A stretch of DNA of 35,348 nt from a virus (taxonomy: Duplodnaviria > Caudoviricetes): IMG/VR virus record IMGVR_UViG_3300032333_000173, positions 1 to 35,348 of that record; one strand, given 5' to 3'. Below, one piece after another: positions 14,191 through 24,592 of the stretch (the stretch's first letter is position 1; every line of letters starts with the position of its first letter). Made by a program: the position numbers and the translations under genes. The notes under the pieces are model-generated. The model ran no database searches and was not told the DNA's origin. It worked only from the letters and a program-made list of their open reading frames with translations.

Positions 14191-15621
14191 TTAATATTTT
14201 ATGAAGAAATTCACGCCTATATTTTTCATCAAAGTTTCATTCCCTGTCCTAGGCGTTCCATTTGTGCCATCTGTTATCGGCGATGCTATCGCCCCTGTTG
14301 ACACGGGGAAGCTTGGCGTTCCAGTCGCCTGGAAACCAGGAGTTGCCCCACCGCCAAACGGAGTTTCTAGATACGAATGCTTGTGGCCCTGTATTTGATC
14401 GTTTTGTATCCCGCCTAAGTTCACTGTATTGTTTTGGGTAAATAATGTAGACGTTCCTGAGCCTCTCAAAGTAGCGGCTCTCAAATCAGGAACTAAAAAA
14501 TCTGACGCGCCTGAAATCCCGAACGGGTTATATAAAAGCGTGTGAACTCCAGATTGCGTGCCTGTTGTTGTTATTTTAGTGCCTGCCAAAGCATTTGAAT
14601 AAGTCGTCGCCAGATTAAAATTATTCGCATCGACATAAACAACAAAATAATTCACATTAGCTGATAAGCCTGTTGGTAACGCGCCAGTAGTGGATAAGCT
14701 TACTTGATCTCCAGTTATTAATCCGTGTCCGGCAACAGTCACAACAGCCGGCGCGGCAATTGTAACTGCAAAAGTGCCTTTGTTTTCAGTGATCACACTA
14801 AAAAGGTTTACATACGTCGCCCTGCTGACAGCAGACCCATTACACGGCAGCCAACCGAATGGGGAGGTTATCGCTGAAGACGCTTTGATATCACCGACAG
14901 AAACTGATGCGGAATCTATGCCGCTCAAAGATATATTGTCTAGCTCTAAAGTGTAAGTGCTGGCGTTTACTGTTTGGATATGAAATATAATCCTGTATGA
15001 AGTGCTAACAGTTGTCGAGAAAGCAGCGTTTACCTGATTGAGGCCAGTTGGAATATTTACTGTTGATGGGTAAATCAAAGTGGAATTTGTTATGTCATAG
15101 ATATACACCCCCATATCTCCCGACGCATAAGCCCCCGATGATTGCGAATAAAATTGAATATTAACGGTTTGGCTAGTAAGACCAAGCGGTAAAGTAAAAT
15201 CATAACTGATCCCATTCCCCTGACAGTTAGACGCAGGCTTTGAGACAAGCCCAGATCCAACCCCAAACAGAGGGGCTAAAGTTGTCCGCTCGAATGTGAT
15301 AAGGGCAACGCCTCCAGTCCCATCAATAGGGACAGCCGTTGCGCCGTTGTCATAAGTTGCCCATCCAGCAATGCTCGCCTCGAAATTTCCATTTGAAATT
15401 ACACCAGCGCCAGCCACGCCACCGATAGAGCCGATGTAAACAGTATTAGGGCCCCCAATAGTATTAGCCACTAGTGTGTCTGCCGTTACTGATTGCACCG
15501 TCAAATCGTATTGGCCATTTGTAAGCCATTCGATGACCTGTTGCCAGTTATCCTTATAATCAACTTCGTTGATTAAATTATTCGTGTATAAAGTTAATTG
15601 GTTTAAGCTTGGCGTTGTCAT
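14191..15621 (-). CDS. Tail fibre with collar domain, 476 aa
   Basis: GDIK...PFGWLPCNGSAVSRATY.NLF..I, then VPDLR...LRG, then GHKH, then N..VNFFIKY. Also a CBM-like ISNGNFE domain. Confidence 0.9.
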   Translation of the reverse strand: MTTPSLNQLTLYTNNLINEVDYKDNWQQVIEWLTNGQYDLTVQSVTADTLVANTIGGPNTVYIGSIGGVAGAGVISNGNFEASIAGWATYDNGATAVPIDGTGGVALITFERTTLAPLFGVGSGLVSKPASNCQGNGISYDFTLPLGLTSQTVNIQFYSQSSGAYASGDMGVYIYDITNSTLIYPSTVNIPTGLNQVNAAFSTTVSTSYRIIFHIQTVNASTYTLELDNISLSGIDSASVSVGDIKASSAITSPFGWLPCNGSAVSRATYVNLFSVITENKGTFAVTIAAPAVVTVAGHGLITGDQVSLSTTGALPTGLSANVNYFVVYVDANNFNLATTYSNALAGTKITTTGTQSGVHTLLYNPFGISGASDFLVPDLRAATLRGSGTSTLFTQNNTVNLGGIQNDQIQGHKHSYLETPFGGGATPGFQATGTPSFPVSTGAIASPITDGTNGTPRTGNETLMKNIGVNFFIKY

Positions 15622-17507
15622 TGAGGCATCCTATCATTTTTCTTCCCGCGCATTCCAGACACAAGATTTTGGATAGACCCTGAATTCATGGCGCTGCGAG
15701 CTAGCATAGTTTTGGAAACGTTAGGCATAGGTATGTTGGGAATTTTCATATTTGGCAGATTAGGGATCAGCTTCCCAATCTGACTCAAACTTCCTGGAAG
15801 CTGTCCTGTTGATTGAAGCGCCTTGAGTCTGTTAATTCCAAACCCCGAAAGGATAGGGTTAGCCTCAGATTTAAATCTAGCATTGAGAAAATTTTCAGGA
15901 TTGATTTTTCCTGACTCCATAGCTTGAGCAAGTCTTTGTATCCTCGCGCGATCATTCCAAATAGGAAGCTCTGAAATTGCCTTTAAAGCAGGAATCCTGT
16001 TAAGCATCCCAACCGGCTTTGCCTCTTTTGCTTTGGCGAGATCCTGACCAACCTGAGCTTCCTTTATTTTATCAACTAACCCATCATATTCTTTTAGCTC
16101 AGGATGTTTTTTAATTAATGCATCAACTTGATCAAGAACTTCTACCCCTTTATCGTCCTTGAATGTTTTTGAAAGAAGCTTGTTCTTTAAATTCATCTGC
16201 CCGCGCAGAGTATCAAATTTCGTGGCTTTACTTAGCACGTCTTCAAGCTGTCGCAAATCCTTAAACTTCCCTCCAGCGCCTTGGATTTCAGGGATAGCAT
16301 TCTTTGCCTGATTGACTTCTTTTGCCAAATCCGAATACATAGAACCTATACTGTTGTCTCCTGAATTAAAATGCTTTTTAGCTTCATTTCTCAGTTCACG
16401 CTCTAGACTCAGGGTTTCCTCAAAAGATGCCTGACCATTCTTTTTTGCCAGTGTCTGCTTGATTCCTTGCACATATTCAGCGGCTTCTTGGATAGCTTTT
16501 TTGTTCGCGGGCGTTATAGCAATTGAATTAGCTTTGTTAGCTAGCTGAGCTTCCATATTATCTAAATTCTGAGTCAATGGAACTTTTGTTTTTTGAAAAT
16601 CTATTCCAGCATCTTGATAGAATTTCTTTCCTATATCGTGGATGTTGTCATTTAAATGCTGAAGTTTGTTTGCGGCTTCTTGCGCTATTTGATCAGATTC
16701 TTTTGTCATTGTATCCGCGCCTTTTTCGATCAGCGCTTTTCGGACATGTTGATTTTGCGCCACATGTTCAAGCGTCAAATCATCTAGCTGGCCTTTAAGC
16801 TCATCAATCGCGCGAACAGTATTCTCAACTTTCTTTGGAGTTTGTTTCGCGATAGCGTTTATTTCTTCCGGGGTTTTGGCAATTGTACTTAAAGCCTGTT
16901 TTTCAGGTGATTTCGCAACTGCTTCAACTGATTTTGCCGGAAGCAGCTTTTTAATTGATGGGATAACCGAGGGGAGTACTTTCGCCGCAACGTTTAACCC
17001 GCCAGAAAGAGCAAGTCTAGTCGGGTCCATGCCTTTATCCGTTAGCGCATCATATGCCGCTTGTTGCCCAACACCTTGAACGCCACTCATAGCGACTTTG
17101 CCCAGCATTGCCAATTTCGGCGCATATTGAGCCAGTTTTGCAGGAAGTGCGATTTCAGGAGCGAGCAGTGATGTGGCAAGAGTTGGCAAAATTTTTCCGG
17201 TAACATTCCCAACAATATTCGCAGTTTTATGAGTGTCTAAAAGCTTCTGCTCTTCAGGCGATATGCCCTCCATTTTCTGGCCTAATCTTTGGACTAGGTT
17301 ATTTTTCATGCTAGGAATAAATGGAGTATTTTTAGTTAACTTTTCAACTACATTCCCAAGTCCTTTAACGTCTTCACCAAGGCTCTTTCTGCCGGAAACA
17401 GTAAATGCCTTTAGGTTCTGCAAAACTTCATTAGGCTTGGCCTCTTCTATAGCCTTTTTTTCTAAAGCCTTTTGAATATTCTTTGCGACTTCATCAGAGT
17501 AAGCCAT
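15618..17507 (-). CDS. Large internal virion/ejection protein, 629 aa
   Basis: Helical, Ala/Lys-rich, with a Gly/Ala hydrophobic patch. Lies between nozzle and fibre. Confidence 0.7.
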   Translation of the reverse strand: MAYSDEVAKNIQKALEKKAIEEAKPNEVLQNLKAFTVSGRKSLGEDVKGLGNVVEKLTKNTPFIPSMKNNLVQRLGQKMEGISPEEQKLLDTHKTANIVGNVTGKILPTLATSLLAPEIALPAKLAQYAPKLAMLGKVAMSGVQGVGQQAAYDALTDKGMDPTRLALSGGLNVAAKVLPSVIPSIKKLLPAKSVEAVAKSPEKQALSTIAKTPEEINAIAKQTPKKVENTVRAIDELKGQLDDLTLEHVAQNQHVRKALIEKGADTMTKESDQIAQEAANKLQHLNDNIHDIGKKFYQDAGIDFQKTKVPLTQNLDNMEAQLANKANSIAITPANKKAIQEAAEYVQGIKQTLAKKNGQASFEETLSLERELRNEAKKHFNSGDNSIGSMYSDLAKEVNQAKNAIPEIQGAGGKFKDLRQLEDVLSKATKFDTLRGQMNLKNKLLSKTFKDDKGVEVLDQVDALIKKHPELKEYDGLVDKIKEAQVGQDLAKAKEAKPVGMLNRIPALKAISELPIWNDRARIQRLAQAMESGKINPENFLNARFKSEANPILSGFGINRLKALQSTGQLPGSLSQIGKLIPNLPNMKIPNIPMPNVSKTMLARSAMNSGSIQNLVSGMRGKKNDRMPQ

Positions 17508-17508
17508 T

Positions 17509-18258
17509 TTAGCTTGGCCGAACTAGTCGGGTCTTGTTAACTCTTCCGATATCAGAAACCCAGCTCAACGGATTTAAAGTCGCTTGCCTTGTAGTTTTAA
17601 GATTAGCCAAGGACCCCGGGTTAGTAACTGCGGCGATGTAGTCTTCTGAGCTCATGTTAGATTTTGCCAGCATATCTTTTAATTTGTCTTGCATGGCCAT
17701 TTTATCCTGCAGATTCTGTGCGCTATATTGAACCCCTCTATTTTGCACGCCTTCTCTTTCAGTTAGAGATCGGTTTCTTGCATTTTCTTGTTCATTGAAT
17801 TTTCTTTCTAATTCTTTTTGACCCGAATCATAAGCCTCTTTGTCTTTTGTCTGAGCGTATTCTTTTTGGAGTTCTTGTTGTTTCGCGCGAGCCTGAGCAT
17901 AAGCTTGAGCCCTAGCCGAATCTTGGCCTTGAGCATTTTGTGCCGACTCGCCATAAACCAGTTTTCCCTCCATGGTCGGGTCTAAAGCCCCAAGGATATT
18001 CTTTCCTGCCGATGAGCTAAGCAAAGAACCAATCCCAGAAGTCAATCCTTCCAGCCCTTCTCCGATATTCCCTTTGCCAAAATTAGACACTGCGCTTTTT
18101 AGTCCAGATTCGCTTTCATCTAACATAGATTTGGGCTGTGCTATTTGATCGGTCATGGATCTCATGTAAGCCTGTTTAATAGCGGAATCAGGATCTTGCT
18201 GTGGTTGCGGAGCTTGAGGCGCCACTATTTGATTAATAGGTTTAATTACTTTTGCCAT
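17509..18258 (-). CDS. Ejection protein, 249 aa
   Basis: Gln/Ala-rich coiled coil plus Gly-rich amphipathic segment; synteny. Confidence 0.65.
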   Translation of the reverse strand: MAKVIKPINQIVAPQAPQPQQDPDSAIKQAYMRSMTDQIAQPKSMLDESESGLKSAVSNFGKGNIGEGLEGLTSGIGSLLSSSAGKNILGALDPTMEGKLVYGESAQNAQGQDSARAQAYAQARAKQQELQKEYAQTKDKEAYDSGQKELERKFNEQENARNRSLTEREGVQNRGVQYSAQNLQDKMAMQDKLKDMLAKSNMSSEDYIAAVTNPGSLANLKTTRQATLNPLSWVSDIGRVNKTRLVRPS

Positions 18259-18266
18259 ATATTCTC

Positions 18267-18755
18267 CTATGCTGGCCCAACTGAAGGCGCAAGATATGCA
18301 GACTGCCCTCTACCAGACTTGCTCTGGAAATAGGCCATTTTCTGCGCTTGTTTATTTGCCAAATCTTGAGATTGAGACTGCGTTAAATCGCTTTGGATAT
18401 TCTCTGCGAGTTTCCCAGACTGTCTAGCCAGTTGTGTAGCAGCCTGGCCGCCTCGCACCCCTTGTTGAGCAAGTTGAGCCTGCATCTGCCTGTTAGCATC
18501 CTGCATGGTCTCTGTCCCTTGGCCTTTGATATCTTTCCCCACTTGGGTCAAGTATGGATTATCAGAATTTGCGACATCTAGGAACTGCTTTTCGCCTTCC
18601 TCTCCCATAGTTTTACCACGAGCTAAAGCTTCTTGATAGGCTTGCTGTTGTCTTTGTCTAGCTATAGTGGCCGCATCAGTCTTGTTTTTATCGCCTAATA
18701 AATTACCAGCAACTCCAATGGCTGTTTTACCTAAACTTATCGGATCAAAGCCCAT
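18267..18755 (-). CDS. Ejection/pilot protein, 162 aa
   Basis: MGFDPISLG...AIGVAGNLLG N-terminus, Gln-rich, LAQQGVRGG. Confidence 0.7.
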   Translation of the reverse strand: MGFDPISLGKTAIGVAGNLLGDKNKTDAATIARQRQQQAYQEALARGKTMGEEGEKQFLDVANSDNPYLTQVGKDIKGQGTETMQDANRQMQAQLAQQGVRGGQAATQLARQSGKLAENIQSDLTQSQSQDLANKQAQKMAYFQSKSGRGQSAYLAPSVGPA

Positions 18756-19094
18756 TTAAATCCCCTTTTCAAAATAACCAGCATCCTTCAAAAAATGCCC
18801 CATCTTGCCCTCTGCTAAAATTCTCACTTTTTTATACCCCAAACTTTTAGCCATATTTTCGCCATACTCCAGACCACTTTTAAGCCAGCTGCCAAAAGCC
18901 GCATTTTTGTCTTTATATCCGTTAAATTCAAAAGTCCCATCAACATCTCTCCAAATCAAAAATCCATTTTCTAACCGTTCGATATTCCACATTTCTTCAA
19001 TCATGAAGAAATTTAGCCTCATTCTTTTCTTGCATGACTCATATTCATGCCAGGCTATATTATCAATTAAATTGTTTTTATCTTGTATGTTCAA
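18756..19094 (-). CDS. Small GNAT-fold-like virion assembly protein; start uncertain
   Basis: AKSLGYKKVRI...FLKDAGY. Position between nozzle and ejection genes. Confidence 0.55.
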   Translation of the reverse strand: MNIQDKNNLIDNIAWHEYESCKKRMRLNFFMIEEMWNIERLENGFLIWRDVDGTFEFNGYKDKNAAFGSWLKSGLEYGENMAKSLGYKKVRILAEGKMGHFLKDAGYFEKGI

Positions 19095-19099
19095 TTTAA

Positions 19100-20890
19100 T
19101 TATTTATTTTCAAGCCCCTGCGCTTCAAACCCAAACCCCTGCAAATTAAACGCGCCCTCAGTTACCATAATTGAATACTTGTACCACCTAACCATTCGAT
19201 TGATATTGAATACGCGGTAGTCAAGACCATACTGATCTGTCAGGAAGAAATTAGGATTGAATATGTTGGGGTCGAATACTCCTCCGGTCATATGGAAATC
19301 TACATTCTCAGAAAATGCAGGATTGTTATCAGTCACACATTTAAACTTAGCCGTCCCATTTCTTGACCCGATAAACCAATAAATAAACTTATTCATGAAT
19401 TTATATTCTTTCGCTACTTGAATCTCTGGGCTTTCAATTGTTGCAATCACATTCTCGTCTCGGTAAGTCCTCCAGATATATTCTTTTTCCAGCCATCCAT
19501 CCTGTTGCCCGTTGTAGAAATTTCCATTAAGAATCGCCATAACCGTGGCGTTGTCTTTAAAGTTCTCAGTTTGGATATCGTGATATGTCCACTTTTGCAG
19601 TCTAGTATCAAAAACATACCGCACGCGACCTGTTAACAAGTGATACCTATAATCGAAATATTCTGCATAGATTTGCCCTTTTGCGCCTATTAGATCCCCT
19701 GGCAAAGTCCCGCGAATCGCTTGCGACCAGTTTTCAGTTCTAATATTATCAAGCGATGTCGAAACCGGCAGGGCCTGAAGTCCGTTAATGACTCTGACAT
19801 CTAGTTCTGTTGACACAAACATAAGCCCACCGGGAAAGTCACCAAACGCGGGCACTCTTTTCATGGAGTACCCGTCATAAACTCCAACGTTTGCGCGCGT
19901 AAAAGTTACGGACAGATCGGACGGGTCAACAAAGATTATGTTTAAACCTGACCCGATTACTAATTTAGCAAAGTCAGCCCCCATGCCATTAATGGCTGTA
20001 TTGTCGGTTCCGTAGTTGGTGACGTCTAGAGAATTGGCCGTGTCGAAAATTTCTTCATTTGTCCCGGTTAAGAAAAGCTGAGTCGGATATATGTCTACCT
20101 TTGCACCGAAAAGTATCTGATTGGCTGATTCCAGGAAATAAGGCTTTGATAATCCGTTATTGATTGGTGGTATAGCAATACCGAGAGATGAATCTGAAGA
20201 ATCATCGGTATATGAAATTGTGGTGTTACTGACAGATGCCAAGAAAAGAAGCGTACCCCCACCGTTCGCAGTTCTGTAAATTTTCTTTGTAGTGGTTCCC
20301 GCGTAACCTAGTGGGAGATCAAGCAAAACCTTTTGAGAGATTGGGTAACATACGTTACTGATTGAGCCTATGACTTCTTCCCCGCCAGCTGTTACATAGG
20401 TTAGTGCATAGTAATATCCTTGAGGGCCGTATGGGTTGCCTGAAACCGGTTGAGGAGTTGCAAACGGCGCACCCATTTCTTTTACTGCCACCAAAACTCC
20501 GTCGTAAATATTCACATAGTTTTTACCGTTGGCGATATAAAAACGATCATTAAAAGTGATCATCGAAACCTTCCCGGGTGTAAGTCCGGTTTTGACTTTA
20601 GTTTTGAATGTAAAATCCTCAGAGTTTGAAACCCAAATGTTTCCACCAGAAACCGCTACGTACTGAGTTTGCAATAAGTTGTTATCATCTTTAAACCTAT
20701 AGGTTTCCAGCCCATCAATTGGGAAACTGTCGATCTGCCTAACTCGGTCAGGGTATAGGATAGTCTCTATTCCCAAAGTCCCTGTCACTGGAAAATTAAA
20801 GTTTTTTAATCTAAAAAAATATTGAGGCTCGATCTGTTTTGAGTCTTCATCGTTTCGAAGTCCCCCAAATTGTTTTACCATCTCTTCCAT
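19100..20890 (-). CDS. Tail nozzle/stabilisation protein, 596 aa
   Basis: FGGL N-terminus, propeller-like repeats (FNDRFYIANG), FN3-like insert (YYYALTYV...KIYRT...YTD). Confidence 0.75.
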   Translation of the reverse strand: MEEMVKQFGGLRNDEDSKQIEPQYFFRLKNFNFPVTGTLGIETILYPDRVRQIDSFPIDGLETYRFKDDNNLLQTQYVAVSGGNIWVSNSEDFTFKTKVKTGLTPGKVSMITFNDRFYIANGKNYVNIYDGVLVAVKEMGAPFATPQPVSGNPYGPQGYYYALTYVTAGGEEVIGSISNVCYPISQKVLLDLPLGYAGTTTKKIYRTANGGGTLLFLASVSNTTISYTDDSSDSSLGIAIPPINNGLSKPYFLESANQILFGAKVDIYPTQLFLTGTNEEIFDTANSLDVTNYGTDNTAINGMGADFAKLVIGSGLNIIFVDPSDLSVTFTRANVGVYDGYSMKRVPAFGDFPGGLMFVSTELDVRVINGLQALPVSTSLDNIRTENWSQAIRGTLPGDLIGAKGQIYAEYFDYRYHLLTGRVRYVFDTRLQKWTYHDIQTENFKDNATVMAILNGNFYNGQQDGWLEKEYIWRTYRDENVIATIESPEIQVAKEYKFMNKFIYWFIGSRNGTAKFKCVTDNNPAFSENVDFHMTGGVFDPNIFNPNFFLTDQYGLDYRVFNINRMVRWYKYSIMVTEGAFNLQGFGFEAQGLENK

Positions 20891-20891
20891 G

Positions 20892-21845
20892 TCAATAAAT
20901 AAGATTATTGCCCCAAGGAATCCCAGATTCCGAGGTTAGGAATGGGTCGCGAATGCCTGTTCCCTGACGTCCGGCATAGTAGCCTTTTCTAATGTCCCTC
21001 TTATAAGTATCGAATAATTCCGCATAGTCCATTTTTAAAGGGGTAGATCTAGCAGGATCAACTTTGATTAAAATCTCGTATGCGGTCTTTTTGATAATGC
21101 CTTCCATATGTTCCTCAACAACTTCTATTTCCCTATTGAGTGTGGCGGGGTCGATAAAGTTTCTATCTGTCATTTCGATTTTGATAGGAAGTCTCGAGTA
21201 ATAAATTACAATGTTATTCGCCGTCACTAAATCATTCATTGTGTGAAAAGCCGGGATAGTCTGCTCTACTCCACGGGTGCAACCGTAGAAATTGGTATTG
21301 TCTTTATATTTGAAAAGAACTTTTTCTTCTCCGATCGTGAACCGGCCTTCATTATTTATGAAACCATTTGTTGAACTCACCGGGATAGTAGTATCAGATG
21401 GGTTTATGTCGGCATTAAGATGAACCTTTACTGGAGTAGTCCCATTCATTGGGAATACGCTCAGGAATTGTCCCTTACCTTGTCCCCACGGCATAACCCA
21501 GTTTGTTATCCCTTGGATTGGCCTGTATCTGAAATTATTAAGGGCATCCTGCTTCCCTCTCATGTCGATCGGGAAAATAGTTCCATTCACAATAATGTAA
21601 ATAAACTCATAGCTCTCGCTTCTTAACGCAAGCGGTGGCCCAGAAACAAAAGGCTCGTTAGTATTTAATGGGAATGTGTAGACATCCTTAATCCCCTTAG
21701 TGAACGCAGCATAATCATTTAGATTTGTATTAAGTTCGTCAATGATAACCCTGTTATATACAAGCTGATTGATCGCCTTTCCGCCAACGTCGTCTAAGGT
21801 TCCAATCTTGAAAGTGATTCTACGGACCGCTTCTTCAACACGCAT
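20892..21845 (-). CDS. Head-tail adaptor, 317 aa
   Basis: Helical ends with a beta insert (LNADI...TTIPVSST.GF...IGEE...CTRG). Upstream of the nozzle. Confidence 0.7.
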   Translation of the reverse strand: MRVEEAVRRITFKIGTLDDVGGKAINQLVYNRVIIDELNTNLNDYAAFTKGIKDVYTFPLNTNEPFVSGPPLALRSESYEFIYIIVNGTIFPIDMRGKQDALNNFRYRPIQGITNWVMPWGQGKGQFLSVFPMNGTTPVKVHLNADINPSDTTIPVSSTNGFINNEGRFTIGEEKVLFKYKDNTNFYGCTRGVEQTIPAFHTMNDLVTANNIVIYYSRLPIKIEMTDRNFIDPATLNREIEVVEEHMEGIIKKTAYEILIKVDPARSTPLKMDYAELFDTYKRDIRKGYYAGRQGTGIRDPFLTSESGIPWGNNLIY

Positions 21846-22337
21846 CTAAACTCCCAAAATGTAAACTTCGCAAGAACTTCCATCAACGCTTCCAGCTAAC
21901 TTTATATTTTTAATTGATCCGCTAGTTGCTTTGCCTGCGCCAAATGAATAACCCGCCGCACTCATGGCCTGAACTGTAATCTGCTCACTTGCTGTTAAAA
22001 ACGAATTAGAAGCCCCAGGGGTAAGTGTTATTACATTGGCCGAGTTGTTCACTATAAAAAGCGTGTAGACATTAGCAAGTGCTACAGGAGCAGAGTTATC
22101 TTGGATCGATAAGGTATCTGTGCCTCCAGTAACATTAACTAACGCGGTTAAATCTAAAGTCACAGGAGTTGTCCCCACTGTCCCATAATAAGCAACTGCT
22201 AGCGCAGCATCGGTATACGTAATGCTAGAATAAGCAGCTGGCATTATATACCTGACCACTTTCTCTCCCACGTTGGTTGATGTGTTAGTCGTAGTGATAT
22301 CATAAGCGATACCCGTACTTCCAGAAATTGTTATCAT
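21846..22337 (-). CDS. Minor virion protein, 163 aa
   Basis: Thr/Ala/Ser beta-rich; GGAG SD. Confidence 0.65.
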   Translation of the reverse strand: MITISGSTGIAYDITTTNTSTNVGEKVVRYIMPAAYSSITYTDAALAVAYYGTVGTTPVTLDLTALVNVTGGTDTLSIQDNSAPVALANVYTLFIVNNSANVITLTPGASNSFLTASEQITVQAMSAAGYSFGAGKATSGSIKNIKLAGSVDGSSCEVYILGV

Positions 22338-22346
22338 TTGCTACTC

Positions 22347-22706
22347 CTATTCGTAAGCTCTCCAAAGTATTGTTGCGGTTTCTCCAGATAAGTTTCTAAC
22401 TTTCAAAATATTTTTAAACCCAGACGACTTAATGATCTGGTTGTAAATATTCGGCAATTCGATCAACAAAATAGTTCCGGCTTCATCATAGAATGCTAGG
22501 TTCACAGCCTTATCAGACTGGAAATCAAATGATTTTGTAGCGTCTAGTGAATTGTTTAGCGTGACGTACTTATCCGCGAAAGGTATAACCACTTGATTTG
22601 AGCCACTTGAGTTTGTAAACGATGAAGCTATCACGAAATCCGGTAATGGGTTCTCTGTGCCGCTGTCATCAATTGTTTTCGGAGTTATTTGATATTTAAT
22701 ATACAC
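22347..22706 (-). CDS. Minor virion protein, 119 aa
   Basis: Beta-rich. GTG start 6 nt after TAGAAT. Confidence 0.6.
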   Translation of the reverse strand: MYIKYQITPKTIDDSGTENPLPDFVIASSFTNSSGSNQVVIPFADKYVTLNNSLDATKSFDFQSDKAVNLAFYDEAGTILLIELPNIYNQIIKSSGFKNILKVRNLSGETATILWRAYE

Positions 22707-22712
22707 AGCTAA

Positions 22713-22758
22713 ATTCTAATTCCTATTCTTGGAACTTAAATTTAATTTAATATTTTAA
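22713..22758 (-). promoter_or_regulatory. Late-type promoter 2
   Basis: TTAAAAT-ATTAAATTAAAT (22740-22751), 21 nt, TAGAAT (22713-22718). Confidence 0.7.
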
Positions 22759-22783
22759 GAGGGGGGAGTTTTTAGCTCCCCCC
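22757..22783 (-). terminator. Terminator after the capsid operon
   Basis: GGGGGGAG-CTAAAAA-CTCCCCCC-TCTT. Confidence 0.75.
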
Positions 22784-22788
22784 ATCAA

Positions 22789-23058
22789 TTAGTACCCTAT
22801 CGCTAGCCACGAACCGGATTGATTCGCATCAGTAACAATTGGGATGATCCCGCCAGCCGTATTTAGCGGCAAAGTGGCGTTGTAAACAGATTGGTTAGCT
22901 GTGACCGCTGCCCCTTTGGGGGTAAGCATAAAGATCTCAACTGTTCCAAGTCCGGTTGTGATACTCCCGCCTGTCGATCCTCCGCTTGATGCGTAAGATC
23001 CAGAAGCGAACTTCTTGCCAGTGTGGTCTTCGACAAAAGACGTAAAAGTAAAAGCCAT
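22789..23058 (-). CDS. Small capsid decoration-like protein, 89 aa
   Basis: Gly/Thr-rich, GSITTGL..V...WLAIG. AAGGAGG SD. Confidence 0.65.
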   Translation of the reverse strand: MAFTFTSFVEDHTGKKFASGSYASSGGSTGGSITTGLGTVEIFMLTPKGAAVTANQSVYNATLPLNTAGGIIPIVTDANQSGSWLAIGY

Positions 23059-23068
23059 AAAGCCTCCT

Positions 23069-23578
23069 TTAGATGGTTACTTGTTTGCGTTTTACAATAA
23101 CGCTAACAGTACCCGCTCCACCGGCTGTCGTAGCAAGCACGCCAACGGTTTTAGCCGTTTCAGTTGTGCCAGCTTCATCAGTAACAGTGGTTACGCCGTT
23201 CGCCAGTGAACAGGTGTTCCCTGCGGTCGTAGCACCTGCGCTAACTGCATTAGTGATTTTACCTTCAACAAGTAAAAATCCATAATACCCAGCGGTAAAA
23301 GCAACTTCAGCAAATCCGAATTCTTTGGAAACGGCACTGGTCGCTGGTGTTTGGGTTATCCATTCTGATCCAGCAGTATTGCTGGGAAGAATAACGTACG
23401 CACCACCGGCAGTTAGTGAACCTACGGACTTAATATATTTGTAAGTATTAAGCACAGTACTTCCACTTGCCGAATTATCAATTGATACTTCGAATCCTAA
23501 AGGGTAAGGCCCTTGCACTGCGGACGGAATGGTCAAATCTGAATTCATTCCAAGTCCAAAGCGATTTGAGTTTGTCAT
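23069..23578 (-). CDS. Capsid cement/decoration protein, 169 aa
   Basis: Directly after the MCP. YKYIK...AGYYGF...G pattern. Confidence 0.7.
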   Translation of the reverse strand: MTNSNRFGLGMNSDLTIPSAVQGPYPLGFEVSIDNSASGSTVLNTYKYIKSVGSLTAGGAYVILPSNTAGSEWITQTPATSAVSKEFGFAEVAFTAGYYGFLLVEGKITNAVSAGATTAGNTCSLANGVTTVTDEAGTTETAKTVGVLATTAGGAGTVSVIVKRKQVTI

Positions 23579-23590
23579 ATTAATTCCTTT

Positions 23591-24577
23591 CTAAGCTACT
23601 AACGTTTTGTTGACTGCAACTAAACGTCTGTTGTTACAAACCAAATTCATAGTCATGTAATGTTGTACAGACCAAATGGGTTGGTTAGGCAACTTTTCAG
23701 CTCCGTCAAACATTGATTTGTTTTCAAAACCAAAGTTATACGCAAGCTTCATGGTCTGGCGAGGGAATAAGTACAGATAGTTATCTGCTGTTATTCCATC
23801 TTGAGAACCCGTTACGTCGCTATCTAAGTACAGCTCAACACCATTTATCGAAATGCCCTCAAATCCAGTTTTGGCCATAGTATCCTCATAAAATCTTTGG
23901 CTGTTTTGGATTGACGAAAGCAATTTAGAATAAACAGCTTGGTTAGTTAAGCCGAAAATTCCAGTAGGCTTGAATGAATTTTCTTGCATTCGTGCCTTCA
24001 ATTGATTCAGCATTCCATTGAATGTGTTGTAGTTTACAGTCGTGTTGGTGTCGATATACGGCAGGTAAGCATTGCCAACATAATCCGTATTCAAAAGACC
24101 TGCATAAGCAGTACCCGAACCAGCGGTGACATTGATTAAGGAATCAAATGAAAGCGGTGTTACGTTTGAATCGCCTTGAGTAATTGCCAAAGCAAGTTCT
24201 CTGTTCGCGTCATCCATCGCGCCTTTTGTTTTGGCTTCGATGTAGTCCACAACCTCAGTTTTACCACGAGCTGCGTTTTCTTCTTGCAAAGAAAAGTTAG
24301 CATTGTAATTGTAGTACTTCCAGTTGAGTACTCCATATTGCATCTGGGTCGATGGGTTAGTGTTAACAACCGATCCAGTTCCAGGGATGAAACCTTGAGC
24401 CGCGTTCTTGATAAGCTTGATCGGGAACTGAACATATAGTCCAGAAGCCTTGAGCTTGCCGTCTTTACTGAGATGGTTCCAGAATGCAGTATTCCGATCT
24501 AAACCATCCGGAACTTCGTCAATGATCGTTTGATAAATCATTGAGGCAAGTTCTGATTGTCCTGTTTGAATTGTCAT
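23591..24577 (-). CDS. Major capsid protein, 328 aa
   Basis: Size and position after the scaffold. Motifs WKYY, GFEGISINGV..YLD, YLYLF, NLVCNNRR. Confidence 0.88.
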   Translation of the reverse strand: MTIQTGQSELASMIYQTIIDEVPDGLDRNTAFWNHLSKDGKLKASGLYVQFPIKLIKNAAQGFIPGTGSVVNTNPSTQMQYGVLNWKYYNYNANFSLQEENAARGKTEVVDYIEAKTKGAMDDANRELALAITQGDSNVTPLSFDSLINVTAGSGTAYAGLLNTDYVGNAYLPYIDTNTTVNYNTFNGMLNQLKARMQENSFKPTGIFGLTNQAVYSKLLSSIQNSQRFYEDTMAKTGFEGISINGVELYLDSDVTGSQDGITADNYLYLFPRQTMKLAYNFGFENKSMFDGAEKLPNQPIWSVQHYMTMNLVCNNRRLVAVNKTLVA

Positions 24578-24592
24578 AAAAAACCTCTTTCT

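Noticed and set aside
19066-19104. Fifth late box (AAATAATTAAAT, 22 nt, TTTAAT)
   Set aside because: Poorer palindrome, the -10 lacks the conserved A, and it would fire inside the annotated gene.
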